Positions 26,776 through 34,643 of a DNA stretch of 64,000 nucleotides are shown piece after piece. This stretch comes from Patescibacteria group bacterium (GTDB taxonomy: Bacteria; Patescibacteriota; Patescibacteriia; Patescibacteriales; JBAZCA01), in NCBI GenBank assembly GCA_041671125.1, contig JBAZCA010000004.1, positions 87,029 through 151,028 of the forward strand, in the 5' to 3' direction. The position numbers were made by a program, and so were the translations under genes. Position 1 is the stretch's first letter, and each line of letters opens with the position of its first letter. The notes below the pieces were generated by a model, which saw nothing but the letters and a program-made list of their open reading frames with translations, did no database searches and was not told where the DNA came from.

Positions 26776-28692
26776 ATGTTTAATCCAAAAAAAATTGAAA
26801 AAGACAAGGCTGATTTAGAAAAGGGCTTAAAAAAAGCCGCCTCTTTTGAGGCGCTGGAAAACCAGACTGACGCGGCCGGAGAAATAATCGCCGAAGAAAA
26901 AGCTTTTCGGCGGGGAACTCTCGGTATCAAAGATTTAATCGCTCCGGCGGCGATTGAAATAAAACCGAATTACCTTAAGCTCGGAGATAAGTTTGTCCGG
27001 ACGCATTTTGTCATCGGTTATCCGCGCTACATAAGCGTGGGCTGGTTCGCCCCGATAGTGAACCTTAATTCCACTTTTGATATTGGCATGTTTTTTTATC
27101 CGGTGAAGACTGCTTTGGTGCTGGAACAGCTTAAAAAGAAAGCTGGAATACTCGGAGCCCAAATCATGTCGGACTCGGAAAAAGGAGCTGCCCGCGATCC
27201 GCTCCGGGAGACGGCTTTGCGGGATGTTGAAAGCCTCCGCGACGCCCTTACCCAAGGGATTGAAAAATTCTTCCAGTTCGCCCTTTACCTTACGATTTAT
27301 TCAAACACGAAAGAAGAGATGGATAAGCTGTCGGACGAAGTTGAAAACATCTTCGGTTCCAGACTGGTTTATTCAAGAAAGGTCTTTTACCAGGCCGAGC
27401 AGGGATTTAATTCAACCCTGCCGCTCGGCAATGACGAGCTTTCCATCAGCTTTAACATGAACTCTTCGCCGATTGCCTCTTCTTTCCCTTTTATCTCTTC
27501 GGAATTAACATCGGATGAAGGAATTCTTTACGGCATCAACCGCCACAATAACAGTCTGATCCTTTTTGACCGTTTTAGCCTTCAAAACGCTAACGCGGTC
27601 GTTTTCGCCACTTCCGGCGCCGGCAAGAGCTATGCCATAAAGCTGGAAGTACTCCGGAGCCTTATGCTCGGCGCGGAAGTTATTATTATTGATCCTGAGC
27701 ATGAATATAAGCATTTGTCCGACGCGGTCGGCGGCACTTACATTAATATATCGCTGGCGTCCGAAGCCAAGATCAACCCTTTTGATCTGCCACGGGCCAT
27801 CGGCGAAGATTCAAAGCCGCAGGATATTATAAGAAGCGCGGTGATTACGGTTAAAGGGCTCTTAAGGCTCATGCTCGGCGAAATCACCCATGAGGAAGAT
27901 TCAATTATTGACCGGGCGCTTTTAGAAACTTACGCCAAAAAAGACATCACCCCGGACGCCGATATCGTCCGGCTGGAGCCGCCGATACTTTCCGATTTTC
28001 AGGAAATTATTGAAGGCATGGAAGGCGGCGAAGGCATCGCCCTGCGCTTAAAAAAATATACTGAAGGGACTTTTTCCGGTCTCTTAAATTCTTCAACCAA
28101 CGTGGAAATGGATAACCAGCTAGTCTGTTTTTCGGTTCGCGACCTTGAAGACGAACTCCGGCCGATCGCCATCTACACTATCGTCAACTATATCTGGAAC
28201 GCAGTGCGGAGCAAAATGAAGAAGCGGATTTTAGTCATTGACGAAGCCTGGTGGCTTATGCAGCACGAAGACAGCGCAAAGTTTATTTTCGCCCTGGTTA
28301 AAAGATGCCGCAAATACTATCTCGGGGTAACCACCATCACCCAGGATGTAAACGACTTTCTGACTTCACCTTATGGACAGGCGATTGTTACCAATTCCTC
28401 TATGCAACTATTATTAAAGCAGTCGCCGGCTTCGGTTGAGCTTATTCAGAAAACATTTTCCCTCACCGAAGGGGAAAAATACCTGCTTTTGGAATCCGGG
28501 GTGGGCGAGGGAATTTTCTTCGCCGGATCAAAGCACGCGGCCATTAAAATTGTCGCTTCCTACACGGAAGACCAGCTCATAACTTCCGATCCGCGCCAGC
28601 TTTTGGAGATTGAAGAGGCGAAAAAGGAATTTGCCGAAAGCTTGGAAGGTGGAACGGAAGCAGTAGATGCGACAACTGATATTCAAGGCTAG
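26776..28692 (+). CDS. VirB4-like (DUF87/TraC-type) secretion ATPase
   Basis: Walker A ATSGAGKSYAIK; Walker B ILVIDEAWWLM; C-terminal TITQDVNDF region. Confidence 0.8.
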   Translation: MFNPKKIEKDKADLEKGLKKAASFEALENQTDAAGEIIAEEKAFRRGTLGIKDLIAPAAIEIKPNYLKLGDKFVRTHFVIGYPRYISVGWFAPIVNLNSTFDIGMFFYPVKTALVLEQLKKKAGILGAQIMSDSEKGAARDPLRETALRDVESLRDALTQGIEKFFQFALYLTIYSNTKEEMDKLSDEVENIFGSRLVYSRKVFYQAEQGFNSTLPLGNDELSISFNMNSSPIASSFPFISSELTSDEGILYGINRHNNSLILFDRFSLQNANAVVFATSGAGKSYAIKLEVLRSLMLGAEVIIIDPEHEYKHLSDAVGGTYINISLASEAKINPFDLPRAIGEDSKPQDIIRSAVITVKGLLRLMLGEITHEEDSIIDRALLETYAKKDITPDADIVRLEPPILSDFQEIIEGMEGGEGIALRLKKYTEGTFSGLLNSSTNVEMDNQLVCFSVRDLEDELRPIAIYTIVNYIWNAVRSKMKKRILVIDEAWWLMQHEDSAKFIFALVKRCRKYYLGVTTITQDVNDFLTSPYGQAIVTNSSMQLLLKQSPASVELIQKTFSLTEGEKYLLLESGVGEGIFFAGSKHAAIKIVASYTEDQLITSDPRQLLEIEEAKKEFAESLEGGTEAVDATTDIQG

Positions 28693-28721
28693 ATAAGGTT
28701 TATTTTGTGTATTTCAAAATT

Positions 28722-28847
28722 TTCAATTATCAATGATCAATTTTCAATGAATTTTCAATGTTCCAATGAGCTAAATTAAACTTTCATAATTTAAAAATTG
28801 TTTAATTGAAAATTCATTGATCATTGTAAATTGAAAATTGATAATTT
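28722..28847. repeat. Long AT-rich inverted repeat (about 38-bp arms)
   Basis: ttcaattatcaatgatcaattttcaatgaattttcaat pairs with attgaaaattcattgatcattgtaaattgaaaattgataattt. Confidence 0.7.
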
Positions 28848-28851
28848 GTTT

Positions 28852-29466
28852 ATGAACCGCAGATATTTCGCCATCGCCTTAATCGTCATCGGAGCGGTTT
28901 TAATCGCCGGCCTGATTTATTTTTTCTTTTTTTACGAATATAAGGCTCCGGCTGAGGCGCCGGCGGTGAATGAGCCGACAGGCGGACTGCCTCAAACCGG
29001 AAACACCAACGTTCCGGCGGCTCCGGTCGGCCAAACCGGGATTTTTTCCCCGGCTACGAAGCCGAAAAAAGAAGAAATGGGCGAAGCTGAGCTAAAAAGG
29101 ATGGCCGGATCTTTTGCCGAGCGGTTCGGCAGTTATTCCAACCAGTCGGACTATTCCAATATTGAAGACTTAATGATTTTTATGACCAATCCCATGAAAG
29201 AATGGGCTAAAGATTATGTTGCGAAAACCGCCGGAAGAAGCGGCGACCGGAGCATCTATTATGGAATCACGACCAAAGCCGTAGCCGAAGAAGTGAAAAA
29301 TTATGATGAAATCGGTGGCGCGGCGGAAATACTCGTGAAGTCCCAAAGGCGGGAGGCAACCGGCGCCCGGGCGAATTCCCGGACTTTTTATCAGGACATA
29401 GCGATTCGGTTTAAAAAAGAGAGCAACGCCTGGAAAGTTGACGCGGCGATCTGGCAGACGGACTAA
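28852..29466 (+). CDS. Membrane-anchored hypothetical protein
   Basis: ATG 28852 is preferred over TTG 28831, which lies inside the inverted repeat. Has an N-terminal TM helix (YFAIALIVIGAVLIAGLIYFFFF). Confidence 0.5.
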   Translation: MNRRYFAIALIVIGAVLIAGLIYFFFFYEYKAPAEAPAVNEPTGGLPQTGNTNVPAAPVGQTGIFSPATKPKKEEMGEAELKRMAGSFAERFGSYSNQSDYSNIEDLMIFMTNPMKEWAKDYVAKTAGRSGDRSIYYGITTKAVAEEVKNYDEIGGAAEILVKSQRREATGARANSRTFYQDIAIRFKKESNAWKVDAAIWQTD

Positions 29467-29538
29467 GAATCCGGCGGATGGAAACGGCGGCAATAAAATG
29501 AAATTTTGGCAATAGCCCTAAGAGCCTGTCTTTAAAGC

Positions 29539-30354
29539 ATGCTGGAACCCTTAAAAATTGACAGATTAAAAAAAATTTTTAACCGCTTCGGCGCCAATCT
29601 CCTTGACGCGGTATTTCCGGTTGAATGTTTTGGTTGCGGGCGGGAAGGTGAATGGGTTTGCCCGGACTGTTTTAAAGACCTTGCCTATAAGGAAAAACAG
29701 TATTGTCTCGGTTGTAAAAAAGAAAACCGCTTTGGCGAATTCTGCCCCGGGTGCGCTGGGGATTATTTTTTAGAAGGCGTGCTTATCGCTGGGGATTATG
29801 ATAATGAGCTTCTTTCCCGGACAATCAAAAATGTAAAATATCATTTAGTCAAAGACGCGACCGGTTATCTCGGGAATTATCTGGCCGCTTTTTTAATTAA
29901 TGAAATCAATAAGGCCAAAGTGGCGGCCATTAACTTAAAAGAAGGCCGGATCTGGGAAAAATTATCCGGCGCTTCGGCCGCCCCCGGATTCTTTTTTAAC
30001 CCGGATGAAGCAATGATTATTCCGGTTCCGCTTTCAAAAAAGCGTGCGAGAACCAGAGGTTTTAACCAGGCCGAGTTAATGGCCGGCGCTTTAACAAAGA
30101 GGTTGTCATTTAGCGTGGAAAGCGGATTTCTTAACCGGGTTATCCATAAAATTCCCCAGGCTAAGTTAGGCGAAGAAAAAAGAAAGAAGAATGTTTCAGG
30201 CTGTTACGCCTGGGTCGGAAGAAACTTGGACGGCAGGGGAGTCGTGTTAATTGACGACGTCGCGACGACCGGGGCGACTTTAAACGAATGCGCGCGGATC
30301 TTAAAAGAAAACGGCGCCGGAGAAGTTTGGGGTTTAGTAGTCGCGAAGGGGTGA
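29539..30354 (+). CDS. comFC: ComF-family (ComFC) phosphoribosyltransferase-domain competence protein
   Basis: N-terminal double CxxC zinc-ribbon (CFGCGREGEWVCPDC, CLGCKK...CPGC). PRTase motif VVLIDDVATTGATL. Confidence 0.8.
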   Translation: MLEPLKIDRLKKIFNRFGANLLDAVFPVECFGCGREGEWVCPDCFKDLAYKEKQYCLGCKKENRFGEFCPGCAGDYFLEGVLIAGDYDNELLSRTIKNVKYHLVKDATGYLGNYLAAFLINEINKAKVAAINLKEGRIWEKLSGASAAPGFFFNPDEAMIIPVPLSKKRARTRGFNQAELMAGALTKRLSFSVESGFLNRVIHKIPQAKLGEEKRKKNVSGCYAWVGRNLDGRGVVLIDDVATTGATLNECARILKENGAGEVWGLVVAKG

Positions 30355-30361
30355 GAAATAA

Positions 30362-30383
30362 TTGGTGCACTCGCGAGGAATCG
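30362..30383 (-). repeat. 22-bp duplicate of the tRNA-Arg 3' end (T-loop/acceptor/CCA)
   Basis: ttggtgcactcgcgaggaatcg is identical to 30467..30488. Confidence 0.9.
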
Positions 30384-30466
30384 TCCGGCATGCGCCGGAC
30401 GCCCAGCGAACTTGTCGGGCGCATGCCCGATGCTGGGCGAACCTGCACCTTGAGGATTAGTGTTAT
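30384..30466 (-). other. GC-rich structured spacer between tRNA-Arg and its duplicated 3' end
   Basis: On the minus strand: CGCCCAGC...GCTGGGCG helix enclosing hairpin CGGGC-ATGC-GCCCG, followed by hairpin TCCGGC-GCAT-GCCGGA. Clearly more GC-rich than the surrounding sequence. Confidence 0.6.
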
Positions 30467-30467
30467 T

Positions 30468-30542
30468 TGGTGCACTCGCGAGGAATCGAACCTCGATTAC
30501 CAGCTCCGCAAGCTGATGTCCTATCCGTTGAACGACGAGTGC
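30468..30542 (-). tRNA. tRNA-Arg (anticodon GCG), CCA encoded
   Basis: Manual fold of the reverse complement: GCACTCG TC GTTC AACGGATA GGAC A TCAGC TTGCGGA GCTGG TAAT CGAGG TTCGATT CCTCG CGAGTGC A CCA. Confidence 0.85.
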
Positions 30543-30585
30543 TTAAATAAAGACTCTGCCATTTTTTGCGAGGCAGAGTTTTTGA

Positions 30586-31185
30586 CTAGAGTTTAAAAAG
30601 CCGGGCCAGACCTTCCGACGCCGGCGGGTGCAGGCGATCCAGATCCTCCGGCAGGTATTTTAGCAGAGTATCGCGAATTGGCAAGGGGTTCATGTCCAGG
30701 AGCGGAATGGAGAGCCGGTGTTTCAAGGGGTTTTTAAATTCAATATAGAGGTTTTTAATTTCTTCCCGCGGTTTGTAAATTATGGAAAAATCTTTTAAAT
30801 CGTCGTAATCGTAGAATTTCCGGCCGACAATAACGCCTTCGTCGGTTATGGTAATGGCAACGAGATCCGGCTCCCGGCCGTCGTTTAAGATTATGACAAT
30901 GGCGCCGATTATTACGATAAGAGCGAAAAGGAAGTTTGGCGAATAAGAGATGCTAAAAGGGAAGAAGCTCACGGAAAAGAAAGACGTAACCAGAAGAAAC
31001 CCCCCGGCGATTAAGGCCCAGGTGTACCAATGTTTGGTTCGTTCGTGTTTATCGTATTCCGGCACTTCCCAGCCGATAAGCCCTTCGGCGTGACTAATTT
31101 GCCCATTCTCTCCCTCCATATTTTGATTGACATTTAAGGCTTTATTTAATATAGTTATTATAGCAAAATAGCCTAAAACAGACAA
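30586..31185 (-). CDS. Membrane protein (two TM helices plus C-terminal soluble domain), function unknown
   Basis: 199-aa ORF. Hydrophobic segments WYTWALIAGGFLLVTSFF and FLFALIVIIGAIVIIL. Confidence 0.5.
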   Translation of the reverse strand: MSVLGYFAIITILNKALNVNQNMEGENGQISHAEGLIGWEVPEYDKHERTKHWYTWALIAGGFLLVTSFFSVSFFPFSISYSPNFLFALIVIIGAIVIILNDGREPDLVAITITDEGVIVGRKFYDYDDLKDFSIIYKPREEIKNLYIEFKNPLKHRLSIPLLDMNPLPIRDTLLKYLPEDLDRLHPPASEGLARLFKL

Positions 31186-31214
31186 CAGTCTGTTTTCTTT
31201 AGTCTATCTATCCG

Positions 31215-31301
31215 GGAGAGGTGCCTGAGCGGTCGAAAGGGGCACCCTGCTAAGGTGTTAGGTCTTAACGGGCCTCGAGGGTTCGAATCCCTCCCTCTCC
31301 G
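31215..31301 (+). tRNA. tRNA-Ser (anticodon GCT), no encoded CCA
   Basis: Manual fold: GGAGAGG TG CCT..AGG G GCACC CTGCTAA GGTGT, long variable arm, GAGGG TTCGAAT CCCTC CCTCTCC G. Confidence 0.9.
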
Positions 31302-31341
31302 CATGGAAATTTTCAATTGTCAATTTACAATCGGCAATTGT

Positions 31342-31372
31342 AAATCTTGAGGGAGAGATGCCAGAGCGGTCG
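31342..31372 (+). pseudogene. 5' fragment of a tRNA-Ser-like gene (acceptor strand, D-arm, start of anticodon stem)
   Basis: GGAGAGA TG CCA GAGCGGTCGAA TGG G GCAG, then the tRNA fold breaks off. Confidence 0.6.
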
Positions 31373-31389
31373 AATGGGGCAGATAAATA

Positions 31390-31476
31390 TTTTTAGGGCG
31401 GAGGGGTGCCTGAGCGGTTTAAAGGGACAGTCTTGAAAACTGTTGAGCCTTTACGGGTTCCGCGAGTTCGAATCTC
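31390..31476 (+). tRNA. tRNA-Ser (anticodon TGA), no encoded CCA
   Basis: Manual fold: GGAGGGG TG CCT..AGG G ACAGT CTTGAAA ACTGT, long variable arm, GCGAG TTCGAAT CTCGC CCCCTCC G. Confidence 0.9.
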
Positions 31477-31576
31477 GCCCCCTCCGCCCTGAAAAGTGCC
31501 TTGTCCGCCAAAAGGCGCCCAGCCAGAGGCGGGCAAGGATCCCTGTCCGCCAAGTGCGGACGCCTCGGGCGGAAAA
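31477..31576 (+). other. GC-rich structured spacer downstream of tRNA-Ser(TGA)
   Basis: 11-bp helix CCTTGTCCGCC / GGCGGGCAAGG, hairpin GTCCGC-CAAGT-GCGGAC, hairpin CGCC-TCG-GGCG. Confidence 0.6.
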
Positions 31577-31627
31577 ACTGCTGAGCCTTTACGAGTCTCG
31601 TGAGTTTAAACCTCACGCTCTCCGCCA
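31577..31627 (+). pseudogene. 3' fragment of a tRNA-Ser-like gene (anticodon-stem 3' strand, variable arm, T-arm, acceptor, CCA)
   Basis: ACTGC TGAGCCTTTACGAGTCTC GTGAG TTTAAAC CTCAC GCTCTCC G CCA. Closely parallels the 3' half of tRNA-Ser(TGA), but the T-loop is non-canonical. Confidence 0.6.
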
Positions 31628-31631
31628 ATAG

Positions 31632-31662
31632 AAATAAATCCTAATATTAGGATTTATTTTTT
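31632..31662 (+). terminator. Rho-independent terminator after the tRNA cluster
   Basis: Perfect 14-bp palindrome aaataaatcctaat/attaggatttattt followed by a T run. Confidence 0.75.
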
Positions 31663-31824
31663 AGCGGTATGATATAATGAAAAATATGACCGGAAATTTT
31701 ATTTATCCTTCAGAATTTTGTGTTGGGTTATTTTTTAAATTTTGGCGCTTATTCCGTTTATCTGGTAAAAAATGTTTTTCTAATTCAAAATGTTTGGATT
31801 ATAAACTCCCATGAGGAATTGATA

Positions 31825-31853
31825 TTGTCAAACTGTTGAGATTCTAGTATAAT
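31825..31853 (+). promoter_or_regulatory. Sigma70-like promoter TTGTCA-17 nt-TATAAT
   Basis: ttgtca at 31825-31830 and tataat at 31848-31853, about 50 nt upstream of ATG 31904. Confidence 0.4.
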
Positions 31854-31903
31854 GATAATAATTAAGCTCTTGAAATAATTATTATTAAGAAGACTCTAAA
31901 TGT

Positions 31904-33712
31904 ATGAGAATGATTAATAGGGTTTCAGTTGGCCTGCTGACAGCCGCTCTTTTATTTAGTTTGTCCGGTATAGCCAGCGCCGCGACCCAGATAGACCTTT
32001 TGACGGCTAGTGATTTCGCGGTTTTAGCCGGCTCAGGAATTACCTTCGCGGGTGCGGTAAATTCAAGCACGGTTACCGGCGATATCGGTACATTTCCAAC
32101 CACCGACATCACAGGCATTGTAAATGTTGTTTTGGACGGAGTAAACCACGCGGGCGACGCGGTTACGCAAGGAGCGAAAAATGATTTAGTAATCGCTTAC
32201 GACAATGCCGTCGGACAGCCGTGCTCCCAGGATTTAACTGGCCAGGATTTAGGCGCAATGACGCTTACGCCTGGCGTTTATTGTTTTGACACATCGGCTC
32301 AGCTAACCGGAAGTCTTACTTTAGATGCCCAAGGCGATCCGGACGCGGTATTTATTTTTAAAATCGGATCCACCTTAACTACGGCAAGCGCCAGCAGTAT
32401 TGTTTTAGCGGATAGCGCCCAGGCTTGCCACGTTTTTTGGCAAGTCGGCAGTTCTTCGACGCTTGGAACAACAACGGATTTTAAGGGAACAATTATGGCT
32501 CTTACGTCAATTACCTTAAATACCGGTGCTAAAGTGGAAGGCAGGGCTTTGGCGCGGAATGGCGCCGTCACCTTAGACGCTAACATTATTAATAAGGCGA
32601 CCTGCGCGGTCACTCCAACTCCGTCATCTTCAAATATCAATAACAAAATTACTGTAATAAAATACGTTATAAATGATAATAGTGGAACAGCTAAGTACTC
32701 TGATTTCCCCCTCTTTGTTAATGGTAATCCGGTGTCCAGCGGTCAGGGCGTAATAACGACACCAGGCATTTATAAAGTTACGGAGACCAGCTCCCCAAAA
32801 TACAAGACGACTTTTAGCGGCGATTGCAACGCCCAAGGCCAAATTGATCATGGCGGCCTTAACACCCATGATAGTATTTGCATTGTTACTAATGACGATA
32901 TAGGCTTGCCCGCGATCGTTGCGCCCGTGCCGCCGCTTATTGATGTGGTAAAAGTGCCCAGCCCTCTTGCTTTACCAGCCGGCCCCGGTTCGGTAACCTA
33001 CACTTACACGCTTCGCAATACGGGAACAGTTAAGGTAACTGACGTAACGATGATTGGCGATACCTGCAGTCCTATTGTTTTAGCTTCCGGCGATACTAAT
33101 AATGATTCAAATCTTGATATAAATGAAACCTGGGTTTACCGTTGTCAAACGACGCTGGCGCAAACCCACACCAATACTGTCGTCGCGACCGGCTGGGCAA
33201 ATGGCATTAGCGCTACTGATATTGCCAGCGCTACGGTTATTGTCGGCGAACCGGTAGTGCCGCCTTTGATTCATGTGACAAAAACCCCGAGCCCGCTGGT
33301 GTTGCCGGCCGGAGGGGGGACGGTTACCTATACCAAAAAAGTCTCCAACCCGGGAACAGTCGCGTTAAGCAATGTCCGCCTTACTGACGATAAGTGCGTT
33401 CCCGTAAAATATATTTCCGGCGACGCCAACGGCGATTCAAAGCTTGATCCTGAAGAAATTTGGAACTATACCTGTCAAGCCAATATCATTAGGACTACGG
33501 CGAACACCGCGATAGCGGAAGGCGAAGCGAATGGCCTCTTAGCGAGAGATTTTGCAATTGCCACTGTTGTTGTGGCCGCCGCTGTTCCGGCTCTGCCGAA
33601 TACCGGTTTTTCCCCTAAAGAAACAAGCGCCTTATTAAATATTTTTCTCTTAGCCGGCTTCCTTTTAATTTTGACTGGGATTTTTGTAGTTCTTAAAAGA
33701 CGCAAGAGTTAA
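31904..33712 (+). CDS. DUF3494 (ice-binding-like) beta-helix surface protein with two DUF11-type repeats and an LPXTG sortase signal
   Basis: Signal peptide. ASDFAVLAGSGITFAG...VTGDIG...LTPGVYCF...GRALARNGAVTLD matches the DUF3494 pattern. Duplicated PLI(D/H)V(V/T)K.PSPL.LPAG modules. C-terminal LPNTG followed by a TM helix and RRKS. Confidence 0.75.
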   Translation: MRMINRVSVGLLTAALLFSLSGIASAATQIDLLTASDFAVLAGSGITFAGAVNSSTVTGDIGTFPTTDITGIVNVVLDGVNHAGDAVTQGAKNDLVIAYDNAVGQPCSQDLTGQDLGAMTLTPGVYCFDTSAQLTGSLTLDAQGDPDAVFIFKIGSTLTTASASSIVLADSAQACHVFWQVGSSSTLGTTTDFKGTIMALTSITLNTGAKVEGRALARNGAVTLDANIINKATCAVTPTPSSSNINNKITVIKYVINDNSGTAKYSDFPLFVNGNPVSSGQGVITTPGIYKVTETSSPKYKTTFSGDCNAQGQIDHGGLNTHDSICIVTNDDIGLPAIVAPVPPLIDVVKVPSPLALPAGPGSVTYTYTLRNTGTVKVTDVTMIGDTCSPIVLASGDTNNDSNLDINETWVYRCQTTLAQTHTNTVVATGWANGISATDIASATVIVGEPVVPPLIHVTKTPSPLVLPAGGGTVTYTKKVSNPGTVALSNVRLTDDKCVPVKYISGDANGDSKLDPEEIWNYTCQANIIRTTANTAIAEGEANGLLARDFAIATVVVAAAVPALPNTGFSPKETSALLNIFLLAGFLLILTGIFVVLKRRKS

Positions 33713-33820
33713 ACCAGGCAGATCCGTAAAAGCAATAAATTTTTAGCCATTCGCTCCCGAAAACGGCAAAGGATCCGCAAAGCGCGGGTCTTTTGCATTA
33801 AGAATCTTTTAATCAGTTTT

Positions 33821-34486
33821 ATGCAATTAAGAGCTAAATTTAGATGGCCATCGTTTGCTATTAATATTCCGGGAATCCTGATTTTTTTAGGGATTGTTTT
33901 CTTCTCTATTTGTTTATATGGTTGGAGTTTTTATGGTAATTCGGCTCCACCTCCCGTAAGCCAAGCATCGCAAAACGCGACTGGCGACACGCCGACTGAT
34001 AACGTTTTTGGCAACGCTTTTACGGAACAAACTAGTCCCGGGCTTCCTGTCCGCCTCAATATCCCAAAAATAAATATTGATACTACTATTGAGCAGGTTG
34101 GCCTTACTCCTGACGGGGCGGTAGATACGCCGAAAAGCCAGAATGACGCGGCTTGGTTTAATCTAGGGCCGCGCCCAGGGGAAAAGGGCAGCGCCGTTAT
34201 TAGCGGACATTATGGATGGAAAGACGACAACCCGTCGGTTTTTGATAAATTATATAAATTGCGCAAAGGCGATAAACTATTTATTGAAGATGACAAAGGA
34301 GAAATTACTTCCTTCGTAGTGCGCGAAAACCGACGGTATGACCCGGACGCGCAAGCCAGAGACGTGTTTGCATCGGATGACGAGAAATCGCACCTTAACC
34401 TTGTTACTTGCGAAGGGGCTTGGGATGAAGTTTCTGAAAGTTATTCCTCCCGGCTAGTAATATTTACCGATAGGGTAGATAAGTAA
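33821..34486 (+). CDS. Sortase (class E/A-like transpeptidase)
   Basis: N-terminal TM helix, catalytic His context VISGHYGW, LVTCEG (TLxTC-type Cys), C-terminal Arg (SRLVIF). Confidence 0.8.
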   Translation: MQLRAKFRWPSFAINIPGILIFLGIVFFSICLYGWSFYGNSAPPPVSQASQNATGDTPTDNVFGNAFTEQTSPGLPVRLNIPKINIDTTIEQVGLTPDGAVDTPKSQNDAAWFNLGPRPGEKGSAVISGHYGWKDDNPSVFDKLYKLRKGDKLFIEDDKGEITSFVVRENRRYDPDAQARDVFASDDEKSHLNLVTCEGAWDEVSESYSSRLVIFTDRVDK

Positions 34487-34643
34487 ATATTTTTTTATAG
34501 TATTGCATTTAAAATTTATTAAACTTATAATTAGGATAATAATTATTAAAAATATTAAAAAGCGAAAATTGGTTTTTGAAAGTCATTAAGTTGAAAATAA
34601 AAAAACTTGAGCCCCTTTCAGATTAAGGCTTTTTATCAAGCGT

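Noticed and set aside
30384-30466. Calling the GC-rich spacer an HDV-like or other named self-cleaving ribozyme, or a second tRNA/tmRNA-like gene
   Set aside because: An interleaved (pseudoknot) pairing and a nested pairing are both possible on paper, but I cannot place the conserved catalytic nucleotides of any known ribozyme class. No 5' acceptor strand matches the duplicated 3' end. It is kept only as an unexplained structured spacer.
30161-30596. ORF-track ORFs 30161..30475 (-) and 30288..30596 (+)
   Set aside because: They run antisense to or out of frame with comFC, then across the tRNA-Arg gene and its duplicated 3' end. No coding signal is present.
31419-31631. ORF-track ORFs 31419..31628 (-) and 31443..31631 (+)
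   Set aside because: They overlap tRNA-Ser(TGA), the GC-rich spacer and the tRNA fragment. Their Arg/Pro-rich translations are typical of spurious ORFs over structured RNA.
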